NCBI GenBank assembly: GCA_002245135.1
Contig: NGBS01000922.1
Span: forward strand, 1-36,754
DNA from: Proteromonas lacertae
Lineage: Eukaryota
DNA: 36,754 bases
Direction of reading: 5' to 3'
Shown here: positions 31,787-36,754 of the stretch, one piece after another
Position numbering within the stretch: position 1 is the first letter of the stretch
How the letters are laid out: each line of letters opens with the position of its first letter
Translations under genes and position numbers: made by a program
The notes under the pieces: model-generated
What the model was told of the DNA's origin: nothing
Databases searched by the model: none
What the model saw: only the letters and a program-made list of their open reading frames with translations

Positions 31787-32140
31787 ATGTCAAGAATTTT
31801 GATCGAGAATGTTAATATAGAAGATAGAAATAAGCGTGAAGATGAAGACTTTGAAAGAATCTATGCAATCATTGAAAGTGAAGTAGCTAGAATAGTAGCT
31901 CAACCACCACCACCATCACCTCCAGTAGTAATGTGGTATACATCTGATACAGCTGATGAGGATGACAGAAAGTATGAAGAATGGCGTGCAATTCATAAAC
32001 CAACCAGAGTAGCACAAGCAACCATACGTCCTAGAAAATGGGTTGATCCTGAAGAAGAGCGCAGAAAAACAAAGATGTTAAAGCGTTATGGTATTGATGA
32101 AAAAAACATCATTGAAGAAAGACTAAGATTTCATAACTAA
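31787..32140 (+). CDS. Hypothetical charged, Pro-rich protein (117 aa)
   Basis: Open frame from ATG 31787 with protein-like composition. Confidence 0.6.
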   Translation: MSRILIENVNIEDRNKREDEDFERIYAIIESEVARIVAQPPPPSPPVVMWYTSDTADEDDRKYEEWRAIHKPTRVAQATIRPRKWVDPEEERRKTKMLKRYGIDEKNIIEERLRFHN

Positions 32141-32267
32141 TTCTTAAATCATTGGTTTTAATTGAATTTTGTTTTTTGATTGGTTGAATAGAAATAAACA
32201 TAATATTACATAATTCTTTTCATTCGTAAATTTCTTGCGATTTTTGAAATAATCTACATAAATTAAA

Positions 32268-32828
32268 ATGAGTGATTTACAAAATGAACTTGATGCTAGT
32301 ATTGAAAAACAAGATGAAATGCCTGATGTAAAATCATTAATTATTAAAGTATTTAAGGATATGCTGGATGGTATGTATTCTGTGATTGAAGAGTATGAAG
32401 ATGATCCAGAATGGAGTGAACAACCAGGTGATGATATTGATATAACAATGGAAGAAGAAGAAGTGAAGGAAGAAAAACAAAGCGAATCTAAACCTAAAAA
32501 AAGAAAGGATATAACAAAGTCAGATTCAGATTCACAAGTATGTAGTACTTGTGGTAAGAAGAAAGCTAATGATGAATTTGGTTATAAGAGTGAAGGTGTA
32601 TTCTATAAATCTTGTACAGAGTGTAGAAATAAGAAGAAGAGAAGATATGAAGAAGTAAAGAAAGGAAGTGATAATAGTGGAGAAGATAAGAAGCGTAAAG
32701 TAGAGAATAGTTCCACTGCCGAGGGTCGACCAAAGGTAGATATTGCTAAAGTAGAAACACCTATAAGTTCTATCCCGGGGGTAGCTACAGTAGATCTAAC
32801 TACATCACCTACTTGTATAATTAATTAA
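32268..32828 (+). CDS. Acidic protein with a C4 zinc ribbon (CxxC...CxxC)
   Basis: CSTCGKKK..EFG......YKSCTECRNK followed by a basic stretch. Confidence 0.7.
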   Translation: MSDLQNELDASIEKQDEMPDVKSLIIKVFKDMLDGMYSVIEEYEDDPEWSEQPGDDIDITMEEEEVKEEKQSESKPKKRKDITKSDSDSQVCSTCGKKKANDEFGYKSEGVFYKSCTECRNKKKRRYEEVKKGSDNSGEDKKRKVENSSTAEGRPKVDIAKVETPISSIPGVATVDLTTSPTCIIN

Positions 32829-32891
32829 CTATGGTTTAAAATTCATTTTTGTATTTCTATACGTTTTTATATATAAATAATTTCACATAAT

Positions 32892-33275
32892 ATGTCATAT
32901 AATACATCTTTAGTTATGTTAGGTGATATGAAAGATACTTTAAATGGTTTGAAACAAGAACTGTATATTTTATTAGGTTGTGTAGTTCTATGGGTTCTTT
33001 ATAAATGCAAGAGAATATGTGCATGGTGTTATCATAAAGCCTGTCCTCCAGAATTAAGTGAAATATTAGCTGAGCCAGAACCTGCTGTTCAATTAGCATT
33101 AAGAAAATCTACTATTGTTTCTGCTATTCCATTTACTTTAACACCTGAAAATAGTAGAATAAATTCTAGAAATGTTAGTGATAATGAAGATGAAGAACCA
33201 TTAGAAACAGAAATAGAAATTATTCCTATTAATAAACCTGAGATTGAAATTCAAAAACCAATCATAAATATTTAA
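32892..33275 (+). CDS. Small single-pass membrane protein
   Basis: TM segment LYILLGCVVLWVLY, Cys-rich juxtamembrane region and acidic tail. Confidence 0.6.
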   Translation: MSYNTSLVMLGDMKDTLNGLKQELYILLGCVVLWVLYKCKRICAWCYHKACPPELSEILAEPEPAVQLALRKSTIVSAIPFTLTPENSRINSRNVSDNEDEEPLETEIEIIPINKPEIEIQKPIINI

Positions 33276-33456
33276 TTTTATATATAGTCTTTTTTTCGTA
33301 TTTGATTTTGAAAGTTGTTTTTTTGTACCCCCTTAAAAAATTACATAAAGAAAAACCGTTTTTTTCATTCACACTTTTCTTACTCATTTTCAGTATTTTA
33401 TTTTTTTCATTTTTTTACTTTAATAGAAAATTAATTATTCAATCATTCAATCAAAA

Positions 33457-34632
33457 ATGCCAGCAGACAGAGTCAAACAACCAACCAATTCAGAATTATG
33501 CTCCCAGCTCCCATTAAAGGGATAGGCTTATGAGTTCTATCAGAAAGTGAGTCGTAACATCCAGCATTTAAAGACATTTTGCGACGAAATGTATATTCAA
33601 AGTTTGGCTTATGATGACAGCAAAAAATCAAAGAAAAAACAAAGTCCACCACAATTCAACTATATCGAATTAGAGAAGTCAGCTACAGCAGTTTATTATT
33701 GTTTTTCGTGTAAGTTTGATAATCAGAAGTTAATTCCCATTAAACATCTAGAGACATTAGATCAAAATGAGTATATGAATTTATACTTTAGTGACGAAGA
33801 GATGAAGAGTATTGCAAAACCAGATGTAAAACAGATTAAACCTTTTATTCAACCTCAGTTAAAACAACAACAACAACCACAACAAGAACCACCACCACCA
33901 ACTGTACCTCAAAAACCTAAAAGAGTTTATAAAAGAAGAACTGATACTGTAAAGAAACCTAAAACAAAAGCAGTTATTGATAGTGATGATGAATTAATTC
34001 ATTTAAAGAAAAGAAAGATTGTTAAGGATTCTGATTTTGTTGATGAAGAACCAATGGGTATAATTGTGAAAGATACTGAATCAAGAACATCTGCTGATGA
34101 TTTATTAAGTAGCCAAAGTCCTACCTTTACACCTCCAATGTCACCAAGGTCTGATACTACACTTCTTGATGTTACTGATATTGATATTCTGGATGCTGAA
34201 TTGAAGTATTTTAATGCTGAATTAACTAAAAAAGATGAAGAAAAACAAAAAGAGATAGAAGAGAAAATTAAACATCAAGATGCAGAGAGAAAGAAACAAG
34301 AAGATGAAGAAAAAAAGAAAAAACAACAAGAAGAAGAAAGAGTTAGAAAAGTACAAGAAGAAGCAGAGAGAAAAAGAAAACAAGAAGAAGCAGAAAAGAA
34401 AAGAAAAGAAGAATTAGTTGTTATTAGAATGCTTCAAGAAGAAGAGAATATGAGACAACAAGAAGAGTTAAGAAAGAAATGGGTATTAGAACAAAAGAGA
34501 CAAATGGAAGAAAAGATGAAAAAAGAAAACGATGAATTAGAAAAGAAAATGGAAGAAGAGTTTAAGAAGAGAATTGAAGAAGAGAAAAGAAAGAAAGCTG
34601 AAGAGTTTGAGAAGATAATGAAGAACTTATAA
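33457..34632 (+). CDS. ORFan with a C-terminal E/K-rich coiled coil; in-frame TAG at 33523-33525
   Basis: ATG 33457 is in frame with ORF 33547 across a single TAG; long charged helix at the C-terminus. Confidence 0.6.
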
Positions 34633-34771
34633 GTATTAATATATACTTTAAATTTGTCTGGTTTATGCTTTAATCCATATACTTGAAAAAGCACTTTGAA
34701 TTCATTACTTTTGATGAAAATTGGTGTTTGTTTAATATGTAAAAAATAACATAAATAAAAAACATAAAAAG

Positions 34772-35933
34772 TTATACGAAATCATTAAATAGTGAATTTT
34801 TCTTATATACTCTACCATATCTACTTTTTCTACCTTCTGGTACTGGTTGAATATCTGGTTCTATAGGTTGTGCTTCATTGTTTATACTATGAATTTGTCT
34901 TAATCTAAACTTGCCATTTGTTGTAATACTATTAACTGATACTCTTTTTATTTCATGTGATTTGAATCTATATGAACCTATATCTCTAGGATTGAATTCT
35001 TTAGGTATTGTTCCATCCAAGTTCTTAACAGAATATGAAAATGGTCCAACTTTGTGTATTTGGTATACTTTATCTGTATAATAAGTAGTTTTTTGAAGTT
35101 TGTTATCTCTACGTTCTTTTATTCTGACAAAATCATTTGGTTTAAAATGAGTATCACTTTTACGCTTCTTTAAGTTTCTAGCATGGGATTCTTTATACAA
35201 TCTATCTTGGACTTCAAAATCATTGAATACTTCATTTGGAGTTAGATTATTGAGTGCAGAATGTGGTTTTGCATTGTAATCATCTACAACAGTATATACT
35301 ATATTACACAATGATTCAATATTGTTAATTTTATCAAATTCTTCATCAGAAAATGTATTAATTTTTCTATAAAACATATCTTTAATAGTTCTCACACATC
35401 GATCCAATATTTTCATTATATTATGTTCATTACGTTCTTTAAGTATAAATCGTATATGATTTTTATTAAACAAATCTAAAAATTTCTTACCATAGATAAT
35501 ACCAGACTCTTCATCTGACAATATACTTCCTACAAAACGAGCGTTTTCATCCTTAGGTTGCATACCCTGATAAAACCATTTTTCAAAACACTGGATACAC
35601 ATCATTTTCTGATTTAGATTTAACATAATATATCCAACACTTACGACTAACAACTTCTATAATTAACAAAAATGGAACTTTTGTATTGTTGAAAAACACC
35701 AAATCTATCTGATATGATCCAGGTAACTTTTCAATTTCATATTTAATTCTATTCCTTTTAGTTGCAGTGATTTGATAATCTGGTTTAGACTCTACAAGTT
35801 CACTACTAGCTTTTTTAATGTCAGATTTTTTAAAGTTATTCTCAAGTTCATTTACAGAGAAATTAATAAAGTCTCGTTTGTTTAAATAACCATATGTTTT
35901 GTATAACTCAATTATTTTATCTTGTAGTGACAT
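34772..35933 (-). pseudogene. rve integrase homologous to 3432-4547, split by a single +1 frameshift at TTT-TGA (35588-35583)
   Basis: PGSYQIDLVFF and EVVSRKCW before the shift; ILSD, ILDRCVRTIKD, YNAKPHSAL.NLTP and FKPNDFVR after it. Skipping one T gives YPVFEKWFY, which aligns to LDAFQKWYY. Confidence 0.88.
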
Positions 35934-36000
35934 TCAAACAATATATATAAAAAGTATGAATGATATATATTTAAAGAATTAATGAATTAAAATAATTAAA

Positions 36001-36754
36001 TCATTCTTCTACCTCTCCCAAATCCTTATCACTTAAAGCGTTACCAAAGTTAATAGACTTAGCAGCACTAATAAAACCATTACTAATTACTTTCTTAGCA
36101 GGGAATGGTCTACGAGTACTAATTAAATCACTATCTTCTATCTTAGTTCTCTTAATTCTTAGAGGTGAAACAAATTTGTTTTGATTAGCTTGTTCTTTCT
36201 TAATTTTCTTCTCATTACTTCTTCTAATAGTTGTAGCTAAATCAGGATTTTCATCATAACCAACAATATCACTACCAAACTCTATGATTAACAAAGTTTT
36301 GAGTATCATTACTCTTAATAGAGATTTGATTATCAACAACACTTACAGCAATTTTACTACCAACATCAACATCAGATGGAACTCTATAGTTACTATTATC
36401 CCATATCATAATAGAATTGAAATTGTGGAAGTATTTAATACCATGTTGAGGTTCTCTACATCCTACACTAATCAAATATCCACGAATGATTTTTTCTATA
36501 AAGTCATTCTCGTTTCTATCATAAATTTGTTTCAATACATATTTCACTTCATCAGCTGAATATGTTTCAAAATCTCTTCCATTATTAATTACAACTTTAT
36601 GATCCAAATCATGAACAAAAGTAATCAATACATATTGACTAGTTTTAGTAGGCTTAACTGTAATACTCTCAACACTTCCTTTAATAATCCACTTGTTACA
36701 ATAACTTTGGATTCTTGTAATAATCAGTGAATTCTACATCAGTAGCTTCATAGG
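36001..36754 (-). pseudogene. Hypothetical protein, frameshifted near 36280, 5' end outside the window
   Basis: ORFs 36272-36628 and 36001-36342 overlap and appear joinable by one indel; no family recognised. Confidence 0.45.

Larger units (their letters stand above)
31420..36754. mobile_element. Right integrase-encoding Polinton-like element (partial; left boundary approximate, continues past the window)
   Basis: Second rve integrase plus tightly packed ORFans, including a C4 zinc-ribbon protein. Scattered nonsense and frameshift lesions. Confidence 0.55.

Noticed and set aside
34725..34732. Blastocystis-type TGTTTGTT 3'-end motif and polyadenylation-created stop codons
   Set aside because: Only this one clear instance was noticed, and the annotated genes have genomic stop codons; not enough support.
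3432..35933. Both integrase regions as two ends of one giant element carrying the glycan island
   Set aside because: The integrases are co-oriented and highly divergent, and I found no shared terminal repeat. Two separate insertions are simpler, though flanks outside the window are needed to exclude it.
1993..36559. Short antisense or alternative-frame ORFs in the track (e.g. 1993-2190, 5234-5452, 7603-7824, 11262-11489, 18341-18568, 20027-20251, 25472-25738, 28114-28527, 34434-34694, 36284-36559)
   Set aside because: They shadow better-supported genes or degenerate sequence and have no recognisable motifs.
1..36754. Bacterial O-antigen locus or prophage; CRISPR array
   Set aside because: Spliceosomal introns, Tc1/hAT/Polinton elements and signal-anchored enzymes indicate a eukaryote. 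No regularly spaced repeat-spacer array was seen.

Overview
Very AT-rich eukaryotic nuclear DNA. It uses the standard genetic code and has tiny GT-AG introns of about 21-40 nt, which suggests a compact gut-protist genome such as a Blastocystis/Proteromonas-type stramenopile (inference). The window has three parts. (1) About 1-6000 is a decaying Polinton/Maverick- or virophage-like endogenous element with a broken adenain-type protease, an intact rve integrase and two tandem candidate RNA-polymerase-III small RNAs that resemble the adenovirus VA RNA arrangement. (2) About 7500-27900 is an extremely compact island of about 14 membrane-targeted, mostly intronless, bacterial-like glycan-decorating genes: 3 SAM methyltransferases, 3 AT3-SGNH O-acetyltransferases, GT10 and GT11/23/37-type fucosyltransferases, GT15, GT77 and GT2-like enzymes. 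Tc1 and hAT remnants and a MITE family with 260-bp TIRs punctuate the island. (3) About 29200-36754 holds a Crinkler/RHS-like NTPase-nuclease pseudogene followed by a second, divergent integrase-encoding element. No PolB, packaging ATPase or capsid gene was recognised inside the window. All family assignments come from motifs read by eye, not from database searches.
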